A stretch of DNA of 64,000 bases. Source: Octopus sinensis (Eukaryota). Position numbers and translations under genes: made by a program. Where the stretch lies: positions 35,030,001 to 35,094,000 of the forward strand of contig NC_043009.1 of the NCBI RefSeq assembly GCF_006345805.1. The letters run 5' to 3'. The notes under the pieces are model-generated. The model saw nothing but the letters and a program-made list of their open reading frames with translations, made no database searches and had not been told where the DNA came from. Below, piece after piece: positions 39,580-51,723 of the stretch (its first letter is position 1; every line of letters begins with the position of its first letter).

Positions 39580-41090
39580 CTTGAATTTTGAGTTTAGATT
39601 GTTGTTTATGTAATCAAGGGTAGAATGTCTTTTTCCTTCAGTTGTTATGTTTGATTTTCCTACGATACAGAAGTTGCATGTGGTGCCTCATCCCTTATAT
39701 TTGCAGATCTTAGCTCCGATTCTTCAGTGTATACGAAAGTTATTCAAGCCTCTGTCTTTAACGTTCCACATTATGTTAAAGATGTTGTATGTATTTTGTT
39801 CTTATCTCGAAACCAAGCAAAGTGTTGCACATATCTTTTCGTGATGGCATTTCCAATCATTTCTTGGTAAGTTTTATAGTCCTACTCATGCCAGTGATGC
39901 AAGCCAATTCCCTTTGTAGGTACATATTGCTCAGATGACGGTTATCAGGGAATTCATAATTACCAGAACTCTAAGGATTGTTCCTAATGTTATTTTTTCT
40001 AATTGTTATTGAAGATCAACGATCCTATATTGGGGCGCAACGATAGTTAAATTTAGTCGTGTTTCTGTTAAAGATCTTGTGATAGTCATGTGACAGTAAA
40101 TGTCTGTAAGTTAGAGAAATCGTCTAGATATATCTGTAGTCATTTTGACGTTATATAAGTTTGGTTCGATATAGGTTATATTAGTGTAGAAATTGATCTT
40201 TCTATATGGCATTGTAACATGGGGATGCCTCTTTGAAAGTTGTTTCATCAGAGGATAGGTTGAAAACACGCCTACTAATGCTATTAATTATTGTCTCATT
40301 ATTCATGGTAGATGTTAAAGCCCCTCACAATGTAGGTGCTGTCCTTATTTGGTGTATGGAAATTTTCCTGTTTTCCAATACAATGATTCATGTTATGTCT
40401 ACGGAACTAACATCTTAATATTAAAGCTGAATTGACTAAGTATTTTGCGTATATTTTCTTATCTTATCCATATCTTGCCATTCTTATGTAATATTTCTAG
40501 GCTGTCCTCTCCATATAACTCTATGCTGGGTTCTTATATTTCATTAAAGATATGTAGTATGTAGATGCCAACGAGATCTGCCACTTCTGCTCCATCATGG
40601 TTATATATGGCAACATCAGATAGTTTATCTCCATTCTTTTCACTTAATAAGTCTTATCGCAACTATTCCCTTGTGTCCATTATAATGGTTATATCGGTAT
40701 TAGTAAGAACTGTATATGCTTTACAAAACTTCAATTATTTTGGAGGAGAATTTTGGAGATAAAGCGTATGATGCCGTTCTGAAAGAATTTGCAATTTAAC
40801 TTATCTTTAATTTTCCTGAGCTATTCAATGACTTCACTGCTACATATATATATATATACTTAGATGAACGTAGAGAAGGCTTTGATGTGTTGCATAATGT
40901 TATCTACAATAGGTTTGCTGGTTATACCTATCTCCCTATTTGTGGGATTATTACTACTGATGGTTTGGCGAGAATTTATCTTTATGGCTCCTCAGGGATC
41001 CGAAAGGTTTCAGTGGGGTGAGTCGTTCTACTCTTCGATTTTAAATTTCATAGCTTGGGTTTTGCCTCATCATTGATTAAATTAGAAGTC
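39580..41090 (-). pseudogene. Degenerate Neptune-type PLE ORF (RT plus GIY-YIG)
   Basis: Minus-strand readings INDEAK...LRSHKDKF...EIGITSKPIVD, DGAEVADLVGIYIL, SISRRVFNLSSDETTFKEASPCY. Many stops. Confidence 0.8.
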
Positions 41091-41858
41091 GTCGACTATT
41101 TCATATGCTGTTTGTTATATTACTGATTAGCAATTCCCTATGAGCGCGGTTATGTACGTCAGTGACATTTGCTTTTGTTTTATCTGCCTGGGGAATTCTT
41201 AAAAGGGATGCATGTAATTCACGTTGGTTGGTATTGGATTTGTGGTTGAATCCAGTAATTTTAAATAATGCGTCACTCGTTGTATACATTAGTATGCATA
41301 CATGCATATATACACACATACGCACGCACACACACACACACGTGCGCACACACACACGTGCGCACACACACACGAGCGCACACACACACGGGTATATACG
41401 AATGTTTTGCTTAATGCAATTGATATATGTTGAACGCAAATTCTTGCAAAGATCCAAGTCTAATGCAAGGAAAATAAAGATTAAAGTTCCTAAAATATTT
41501 TCTCTCTTCATCTGTGTATCTATCAATTTTGAAATCCTCTACAATCGCGTGTATAATAACATAATCACATCCAAATTCACGATATTTTAAAGTGGATCGC
41601 TCGAAATATTGTGGAACTCTTTTCATATGAAAGCACTGGAGGCACCTTTAATCCACAAACAAAGCATTATGTATGTGTGTGTTTGTTATCAGTTTCATTT
41701 GTTCCCTCTCAAGTCGATGTCCATGTTTATCTTGATGGATTTGATTGTTTTCATATAAGGTCACCTAAACATTTCTTTAACACTTAAGGACGCGAAGGGA
41801 AGGGGAAATCTGAATTAACAATACACTTGTTGAGTCCCGAAGGAAATACGCAAGTGAC

Positions 41859-41961
41859 AGAAGAAGAAGAAGAAGAAGAAAAAGAAGAAGAAGAAGAAGA
41901 AGAAAAAGAAGAAGAAGAAGAAGAGGTAGAAGAGGAAGAAGAAGAGGAAGAAGAAGAAGAG

Positions 41962-42049
<88 letters not shown>

Positions 42050-42056
42050 AAGAGAA
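41859..42056 (+). repeat. Compound (GAA)n-(TAA)n-(GAA)n microsatellite
   Basis: The TAA block 41963-42021 is nested in GAA/GAG repeats. Confidence 0.95.
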
Positions 42057-43238
42057 AAGTTCATAGGAATTACTGTCATATATGCAATCAGGTTGATGAA
42101 ATAGATTTCCTTGATTATAATGTATATCTTTAAATATTAAATTCAAGTTCGTTAAATTACCTTTGATGGAAATTAATACTTCTGTGGTCATCATATGCAA
42201 AAGTGATTAGGTGTAGTGAGGATTAAAAGTAGACTAATCGTTAAGAATTATATAGTAATATGCTTTGAAGTAATTTTAATATTTTATAGTTATACATGTT
42301 AACTCTAGTGTACTATGTAAAGAATTTATATGCTGAATTATCCGTTAAGTGAATTGAATATTTAACGTTTCAACTATGAGGGCGACAGTTATAGAAGGAA
42401 AGAAGGGCAATATTCAATTTAAATGATACAAAGATTGACTTGTATTTCTGTATAATAGGATGTGTAACTTCATGAATCATGGATGATGAAGTGAAATTGG
42501 GAATCTAATGCTTTGAGTTTACATAACAGAGGTGATTTTATTTGAATGAATGTATACAAACATACAGAAAAGCACACACATATATAAATGTATACAAACG
42601 TAAACGTATGCGTGTGTGACTGACTACAAATTTATAGAGCTGAACACGGAGCGCAAAAAGCAATTAAATAAGATATATTTACGGAAATTAACGAAGTGTG
42701 CGGGTTCAAGCGAAAGAACGCGTATGTATGTTTGTATATATGAGCCTCAGAGTTATACAGCTATTTTGTCTAATAGCCTTCATTCAAAAAGTAATTTTTT
42801 TACATTACGTATATAGAAGAATTTGTGGGTTTTGCAAATAGCGAACTAAAACTTTAAATGAAAACATTTCGTATATAGAATAAACTATGGGTTTTGCAAG
42901 TAGCGAAAACATTGAAATAAATATATATTAAATTATCATTAATGAAAATAAAGGCGAGAGAGTGTGAGAGTGTGTGGCAAATAAAAATGGAAAATTTCAC
43001 CTGCAACGAATTGATATTGTTTATTACATTAAAATCCACTCCGCAATGAATACAATGAATATTTAAATTTGGGAAAAAACTTGTTTAAATATTCAATAAA
43101 CTTCAGAAATCGAAATTGCAGGAAATTTCTTGGAACATGAACTTATGAAAAAATTTCCAGACTGCTTTCCTTTAGTAACTCTCACATGCCTAACCAATAA
43201 GCAGCTTTCTCCATTATAATATGGATATATGTACATGT

Positions 43239-43322
<84 letters not shown>

Positions 43323-43589
43323 TGTGTGAGTGTGTGTGTACGTGCGTGTAGGAATATATGTCAGCACTTACAATTGGGTTTATTCCAAACAATCTAATCA
43401 TTGTTACAATATGTTTTATTGTGAGCGACTCTATGTCATATTACGTTATAGTACACGTGTACATCGCTAGTTATTTTACGAACGGTATAAATGATGTTCC
43501 ATTTCATCGAAATGTGGTTTATACATTCAGAAAAAAATGTGACACAAATTGGAAAGAAAATATATTTGTATAGTACATTATTATAATTA

Positions 43590-43796
43590 AGGCGGTGAGC
43601 AAGCAGAATCGTTAGCACACAGGGCAAAATACTTGGTGGTATTTCTTCCGTCTTTACATTCTGAAATCGAATTCCGCCGAGGTCGACTTTGTCTTTCATC
43701 CTTTCGGGGTGCATTAATATCAGTTGCGTACTGGGGACGATCTAATTGACTGGCCCCTCCCCACAATGTTCATGCCCTGTCCCTATTGTAGAAAGC
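43590..43796 (+). mobile_element. tRNA-derived SINE
   Basis: aggcggtgagcaagcagaatcgttagc...ttccgccgaggtcgactttg head. Confidence 0.8.
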
Positions 43797-43818
43797 ATTA
43801 TTATTATTATTATTATTA

Positions 43819-43866
<48 letters not shown>

Positions 43867-43867
<1 letters not shown>

Positions 43868-44627
43868 TTTCCTTCTTTCTTCAAATTTTCTTCCGTTTCT
43901 CGCCGAGTGTTTTCCATACACCTAGGGCAGAGAAGCTCATTCGCAGATTATACACGCAAATTCACAGATAAAATATGTATTTAAAAATTAATAAATAAAT
44001 AAATCCATGGATGGATTTTGTTTTCACAGCGATAATGCTCTTCTCAGTACATGAACCGTTCCAGTTAATACGATTTTTTGCACTTCCTGTTGGGATGGTA
44101 AGCCTGGAATCATTTTCAAATAGGTTTCAGTACCTTTTTTTATCATTCCTAGAGATCCTACAATCACTGGTACTGTAGTCGCCTTGAGATGCCACATCTT
44201 TTCAATTTCTATTAGCAGGTTTTTATATTTACTAATCTTGTCAAATTCTTCCACCGCTATATTGTGATCGCAAGGGATACTCATGTCAATTAATAAACAC
44301 ATCTTTTTTGTTTGATCTCTTATAATAATATCCGGTTTATTAGCTTTTATAGTCTTTTCGGTCTGTACGGGGAAGTTCCATAGAATCGACACATTTTCTC
44401 CCTCAGTCACAGCTTCAGGATGGTGTTTATACCATTTGTCAGCAGTTTTGATTGTAAATACTGGCCGACTCTGTCATGTCTTGCGTTATATTCTGCAGGT
44501 GCTAAGACTCTGCACCCCGAGATTAGGTGGTCTATTGTTTCAATCTCATCGTTACAAAATCGTCATTTTGGGTCAGCTCCATTTTTTATCACATTGGCTT
44601 GGTAGTTCCGGGTTAATAAGCTTTGGT
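43867..44627 (-). mobile_element. 5'-truncated Dong/R4 LINE (CCHC remnant, RLE endonuclease, 3' UTR) in (TAA)n
   Basis: ORF 44024-44410 ILWNFPVQTEKTIKANKPDII...LIDMSIP...KISKYKNL...VPVIVGSLG (PD..D RLE motif). (TTA)n on both sides. Confidence 0.9.
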
Positions 44628-44676
44628 TATTATTATTATTATTATTATTATTATCATTATTATTATTATTATTATT

Positions 44677-45033
44677 CAGTAGTCTTATTTTTATAACGTC
44701 CTTTCACTGCACTACCGAGCACAGCTCTGTGTGCCTTGGGTATGAGCTGAGGTTTGCTGTGATGCTCTTATGGTTACCTAGTAGTGCTATTTTCTGTATG
44801 TTATATATATTTGTTTGTCCTGTTGTTTTATGTTATGTATTTGTCTGAATATTTGTTTTCATACCTAGTGCGCCCACTATGATAGGAATTGTTTCTGTTT
44901 TTAGACCACATTAGAATTACCTCTATTGCCGGGTCTTTGTGTTTTGAAAGTTTCTCCATTTCTTTTAGAGAAACGTTGTCATCTGTTGGTATTGATACAT
45001 CAATTAGGAAGCATTTTTTCTTCATGAACTCTG
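44677..45033 (-). mobile_element. Second 5'-truncated Dong/R4 LINE (different subfamily) in (TAA)n
   Basis: KKCFLIDVSIPTDDNVSLKEMEKLSKHKD. Its 3' UTR differs from the neighbour's. (TTA)n on both sides. Confidence 0.85.
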
Positions 45034-45093
<60 letters not shown>

Positions 45094-46396
45094 GTTCTTC
45101 TTCTTCTTATTATTATTATTATCATTATACTGACAGTTATCTTATACTATACTGAGAGAGATCAATATATTCGTCTATTTTAGTAGTGACTATTCCATCG
45201 CTAAATTCTGAATGTCAGTATATATATTTACCGTATGAATTCGTGGCTGATTCAGCAAAATGCTACTTGACAATTATAGAATAAGGAAGGCAGCTATATG
45301 CAATATAAAACCATAGCATTAGATATAACCGTAAGTAGATATAGAGGTGTAAACGCTCTCGCTTTAGTTGTTTGGCGCACGTATACACGTTCGTTCAAAC
45401 TTTCACAAGGACATAAGCATACGCATACTCGTGGTTTTGCGCACATACGCTCAACCAGCGAATTAAATAAATACTAATAAAGTTAGTGCAGACAAATGGC
45501 TAGTGATACAACTCCGTCTGGCAAAGAGTCACAGTTTCTGTGGTAGGATTCACTAGGCCTGGCCGATTTACTTGTAGCGTCATGAATATGGCCATTGTAT
45601 ACCGATTAATGTGAGATAAATACCAACTTCAGCCTGTCAATAAATATCGTTCACCATGAGATGAAAATGCAAAATACCTACGCTTATCCACACAGTTGGT
45701 CCTATCACTGGCATTAATACTTTCTGTAGACCATCGATTATTTCATTAGCCGTTCATACAAAAAAATACACATCTACTATGTTTGTATTTATATACATAC
45801 TCGTGACTAAACTAGTGCTGTACGTATATCGGCCAGACCTAGTGAGCAACACCACAGAATATGTGACTCTTCACCAAGCGGAGTCATATCACCAGTCACC
45901 TTTCGGCATTGATGTTATTAATATCTATTTAATTCGCTGTGCGAGCGTATTTGTGCCAAACCACGCGTGTGCGTATTCTTCTATCTTTGTGAAAATTTGT
46001 ACGAATGACCGTACGTGCGCCAAAGAACGTAAGCGAGAGCGTTTGTACATCCGTATATACTAATGGTTATATATCTAATAATTTTTTTCGCAGTATTGTG
46101 TATTTGTTTCTTTTTGCATCTGGTATTTGTTATTAGTAATCTTCTATAAGAATGAAGCTGTATCCCTTAGTTTGCTGTTTTATAGACACATAACAGGTAG
46201 AAATCTAGCGAAACAGACGTTACTTTAATGAGATACACCTTGTAATCACCTGGTTAATCAGATAGTTGTACTGGTTAATCTATGGTTTTCTCCATTTTTT
46301 TTATTATTTACACACACACACACACATATATATATATACATATATGCATGCATACATACATACATACATACATACATACATACATACATACATACA

Positions 46397-46478
<82 letters not shown>

Positions 46479-47989
46479 ATATATATATGTATGTATAAAC
46501 ACACACATACAATACACACTAACACACAAGCATATCTGCAATTCATAGAACCGAAAACACACTCTAAAGCATTAGAACAGTAATATATATTCTAGGAAGT
46601 TAGAAGTTATGGTAACTCCATGACCGTCCTAATTTTTAACTTCCTAACACACACACATACATACACACACACACACACGTACATATATAGTGCTTGTCTC
46701 CACTACCTGTATTGGTTCTTCTACGTCCCTTTAACTTAGCTGTTCGGTAAAATTGACCAACCAAGAGAGTAAGTACCAGCCTTAGCAAAAGAAGCAGCAG
46801 GGTCGATTCATTGGACTAAAATTCTCCAAACGCGGGACCCTGTATGGGCGCGCTCAAATGACTGAAACAAATAATAGGTGAAAGGAAGATTATTATTTTA
46901 TTGTTTTATTATATTACAAAACCTTATTGTATTTTAATGATATTTATTATACTGTATTGTGTGTCTTTCATATTGCATTATAGTAAATTTAAGAAAAACG
47001 AGATATTTTCTTTAAATTATATTCTGCACAGGCAAACCTCACCTTATACCCGTACCCACTTATTTAATAAGTCATCAATATTTGGCTAATAACCCAAATA
47101 TTTCATGGATAGTTGCTATGACAATCTCACCATAGCATTCACAACTCTAAAGCCACGCACCCATTCATGCAGACCTAAATCAAACACTTTCATATTTCCT
47201 AATAGAAGTAGTGTGCTGGTTGAGTTGGTAGAACGTCGGCGAGATTCCTTCTTCAAGTTCTCTGTACTGCGCGCTTCAGTTCCCGCCTCCCACCGAGGTT
47301 AACTTTACTTTACATCCTTCCTTCATTGATAAATAAAGTATCAGTACTGCGAAAATACAGGCTCTTCTTCTTCTTCTTCTTCTTCGTTGTCGTCATCGCT
47401 TTCTCATTTGTCTTCTTCATTTCTCTACCTCTTACCCTACAGATGCTTTCTTCAGGTTTTGAGACCTGACCATGACACTCTGTATATACTAAAACTTCAT
47501 AAGGAATTGACAGACCCAGAAGAAGGGACGATTTCTTAAGATACTCAGTCAGGGATGTGTTGCAGTTTAAACACGAGAAGCGATAAATAAGTGCAAACGT
47601 GAAAATTATCCGTTATAAAAGAAATTTACTTTTGAATAGTAGCCTTCAGTATTGTTTCATTCACATTCTCTGACCCCAACATTTTAATATAAATGATGGA
47701 AAAGTTGGAGAAGAGATTTAAGGCGCACATGAATAAAACAAAAATAACAATGCCAATTTAGGGCTCAAAATATTATAAAAAGAACTAGACCTCATCTTCT
47801 GTGATACAAACATATTCTCACACAGAAATATTGGTAGAGACGGAAAACATTTTCCCTTGTTATTGAGTAGGGAACGCAGTGTCCATTATCCTTTAAGGGG
47901 GATCTGAAACGCCGGTTTTGACTTCAAAATATTCCGTCTCTCCATCAGGAGTGATCACTTTCACTCGGGTGTTCTCACACAGCTCTCAG

Positions 47990-48490
47990 GTATGAAGTTA
48001 AAGTTAGCAAGGAATTCGAAAGTGAGGTTCTTTCTGACAAAAGTGGGATCTCTTCTTCTAAAAGAGGCTGAAACATGGACGCTCACTAAAGCATTAAAGA
48101 AGCAGATGGACGGTTGTTATACGAGGATGCTTAGAATGGCACTCAATGGCACTCAATATCTCATGGAAGAATCATACAACAAACGCTGACTTATACCAGG
48201 GACTACCAAATGTAACATTGAAAATACAGCATAGAAGGATCAGGTTAGCTGGACACTGCTTCAGACATACCGATGAAATTGCTAACAAGTTTATGCTCTG
48301 GTGGCCAGCGGAAGGAAGAACCAGGAGAGGAAAGAGGAAGACGACCTATATCGACATTTTGCTGGAGGATACTGGTATGGAAGGGGTACAAGAGCTGAGG
48401 ACCATTATGGAAGATCGAGATGAGTGGAGAAAACGTGTGGAAACAATCATGGGGCGTCCTGAGGGACGACCTAGATAGAGATAGTGATGG
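47990..48490 (+). mobile_element. RTE-clade LINE 3' fragment
   Basis: AETWTLTK...DGCYTRMLRMALNISW...RRIRLAGHCFR...GRTRRGKRKTTY...EDRDEWR. A 10-bp duplication (aatggcactc) causes the frameshift. Confidence 0.9.
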
Positions 48491-48629
48491 ATGAATTTAC
48501 ATTTACACTTTGCCCTACGTCTTCACTGCCACCATTCATTTCTCCATTTTCATTATCTGTTGGTGAAGCATTATTTCGATTTTCTACTTTCCTTTTCATC
48601 TTTTTCATTTCCATGTGTGTTAACCGCCC

Positions 48630-48685
<56 letters not shown>

Positions 48686-48689
48686 CAGG

Positions 48690-49290
48690 TGGCAAGATGA
48701 CAGAAATATTAGCACGGCGAATAAAAATTCGTAGCTGCATTTCTTCAGTCTTTACGTTCTGAGTTCAAATTACTCTGTGGTTGACTTTGCCTCTCATCTG
48801 TTCGGGTCCATAAAAGAAGTACAAGTTGAGCACTGGGGTCGATGTAATTGACTAGACCCCTTCCACCAAATTCCAGTCTTTGTACCTATAGCTGTAATAT
48901 AACAGAATCGTTAGCGCGATCGTACAAAAGTTTTTTTCCGTTCTCAGTTCGAATGCTGATGAGGTCGACACAGCCTTTTATCTTTTCGGGGACGGTAAAA
49001 GAAGTACCAGTTGATCACTTGAGTTGATGTAATCCACTTGTTCTTTTCCCCAGAATTAGCTCGTGCGAAAATTTGAAATCCTGAGGCAGCAAGTCAGCAG
49101 AATATTTTATTAGCACGCCTAAAAAAATACGTAGCGACATTTCTTCTGACTCTTTACGTTGATCAAATCCTGCCGAGGAAAAATTTTGTCTTTCATCCTC
49201 CCAGGGTCATTATAATAAAGTAGTAGCTGAGCACTTGTGTCGATGTAATCTAGTTCCTTAAGTTTGTGCCCAAATTCGAAAAATTTGCAT
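48690..49290 (+). mobile_element. Cluster of three degenerate tandem SINE copies
   Basis: The pattern gaat...ttagc...aggtcgac/ttgac...gtaccagttgagcact...gtcgatgtaat appears three times. Confidence 0.65.
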
Positions 49291-49980
49291 TATTTCTTGC
49301 ATTATAATTTTAAGTAAGATAGTTCTACAAAACCAAATGGTAGCGAGATATAATCATGGCAGAAGAGAGAAAGAGAGAAATAGAGAGAAACTGGACGAGA
49401 CACAGAGAGAAGGAAAATAGAAAACCAAAAACAGAGAGCTGGAGAGAGAGAGAAAGAGAGAGAAAGAAAGAGAGAATGAGAGAGAAAGTGAGAGAGAGAG
49501 ATATTAATGTTGTATTTGATATCCGTTTTTCTTCCCCACTGTCTTACATAAGATACTTTTGGCTGTGTTTCTTGTCTCTCGGCAACAGCTTCTTGTCAGA
49601 TAGTATAACTAAAGTGCCTTTCTATATGACTGCCTAAAAGCGGAATCTCTGGTAACCATACGATTTTGTCATAGCCCTCACACCCTTATTTCTCTGTACT
49701 GACTACCCACACGCTGTTGCTTAAAAAAAACCCTCTTCAATACAGCTAATATTACTTCTCTCCGTTTCTTAACTATTAAAGACTTTTACTGTGCTCTTTA
49801 AATTTAAGTACCATCTACCTTATTCTACAATATTAAAAAGGGTTCTTCTCTGGATCTATATTTTTAGGACAGTTTCCCCCAAGATCTGTAATGTCAAGAG
49901 TCTTTGCCATTGATATATAATTACCAGTAAACTTTGTAATATGTATAGAATGACACTGTAGGAAAGAGAATTTCACCTAC

Positions 49981-50091
49981 CTTGTGTATGAGCTTAGCAT
50001 CTAATTCGAGGTATTCAGCATCAATGAGATCGTAGAAATCCAATCGTTTGTCTGTCCATTCTTGGGTAATTAAGGCATTCAGGGAGTAGTC
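49981..50091 (-). CDS. Internal exon (111 nt, phase 0/0) of a Cys-loop ligand-gated ion channel subunit, glycine-receptor/GluCl-like branch (loop D region)
   Basis: Minus strand: polypyrimidine acceptor ttttgttcttctctgcag and donor AAG|gtaggt. Translates as DYSLNALITQEWTDKRLDFYDLIDAEYLELDAKLIHK, matching the Cys-loop motif DYxxxxxxxQxWxDxRL (GlyR: DYRVNIFLRQQWNDPRLAY). The intron before DY is at the position I recall for GlyR/GABA-A genes. Confidence 0.93.
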
Positions 50092-51036
50092 CTGCAGAGA
50101 AGAACAAAACCAGTGATAATATTAATGCCACGCAATTTCAGAACTTCTGTCATATTTCGGCAGGAAGGATCCATGAAATCGACTCCTGTACTTGATAAAT
50201 CTTTAAGGTATTTAGAGAAAATATGTTGGTAAGGTGGAAGAATTTGAACTGTGAATATACATTGTCACAAGTATAAATGATTTCCGTCCAGGAGTTTGCT
50301 GTTTATGCTGTCACTGTCAACAGCTATAATAATCTTTCCTAATGTTGGTACAAGTCCTGAAAATTTTGAGATGAGGGTTAGTCGGTATATCGACTCGCAA
50401 AATATAAAGGGCAAAGCCGTCCTGGGTGGAATTTGAACTCGGAACATAAAGAGATAAGAAACTTTGCTAAGTATTTTTTCCTGTGTCGTAACGTCTGGTA
50501 CATATATTATTGTCCCTGAAAGGATGAAAGTCAAATTCGAATACCGAGGAATTTGAGCCCAGAACGTAAAGTCAGACGAAATGCGCAAAGGTCCGGCGAA
50601 CTAACGATTCAACCAGTTGGCCGCATTTTTTAAAAGTAAGCCTACCTCACTTAATATACAAATTCGATCTCAGAAGATTAGAACAAATTCTACAAGCATG
50701 CTTCTATCCAATATAGCGGTAGAAGTTACGCATTTTGTGAAAGGGTAGAAAGGAGTGTAGTTCAATGTTATCGATGTATTGTTCAACAGATTTGAACTCA
50801 GAACATAAATAAGTATAGCTTAATACTACACGCAGATGAGATGTTCTTGTTTAACTCTAAGTCAAAGAAACCTAAAATCAAAGAATGGTAGTCGTGACAA
50901 GTTTTCTTTTTATGCGCAGGCAACCTATACGACAAGACTAATTTATTTATTTCTAAAACCGTGAGGTGTTATTTCAGGGAGATTGCTTGCTATTATTGTT
51001 CAAGTAGAGGGAACATGTAGAAATACCCGGATCTTT

Positions 51037-51723
51037 ACCTTTTGACCTACAGATTTAAAAAATAATTTTTTGTGACTAAACGATTTCAAACTTCGGACAC
51101 TGGTAGAATGTGTCATATAAAATATATTTTACTCTTAGCATTTTTGAGAAAAACTTATATTTACGAGGTTATTTAACGTCAAAGTTCTCGTATTTCGGTA
51201 ATTTCAACCAATCAATGACGTGTATTCAGCTGAATAAAAATTACTGCTGTTGTTTGTCAACAAGAACTTCCGGCAGTGTATATTTCGTTTGTCACTGTTA
51301 TTTATGACAACCCTAACCCTAAAACCCTAACTCTAGCCATAAAACCCTAACCCTAACTCTAAAACCTTAACCCTAGCCCTAAAATTCCAACCCTAACCCT
51401 AGTCCTAAAACCCTAACCCTAACCCTAAAACCTTAAAACCAGTACAAACGAATGAACGATGTCATAAATAACAGGGACAAACGAAAAATATACCGCCGAT
51501 AGTTGTTGTTGATAAAGAACGGCAGTAATTTTATTCAGCTGAATACACGTCATTGATTGGTTGAAATTACCGAAATACGAGAACTTTGACGCGAAACAAC
51601 TTCTTAAATATAAGTTTTTCTCAAAAATGCTAAGAGTAAATATATTTAATATGAAACATTCTATCAGTGTCCGAAGTGTTTAGTTACAACAAAAATATTT
51701 TTTTAATCTGTAGGTCAAAAGGT
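51037..51723. mobile_element. Foldback/MITE-like element: ~270-bp imperfect TIRs around a telomere-like core
   Basis: The left arm 51037-51309 mirrors the right arm 51460-51723. The core 51309-51440 consists of degenerate CCCTAA units. Confidence 0.85.

Noticed and set aside
51309-51440. CCCTAA repeats as a real telomere or chromosome fusion scar
   Set aside because: The tract is short, degenerate, single-orientation and enclosed by transposon-like TIRs.
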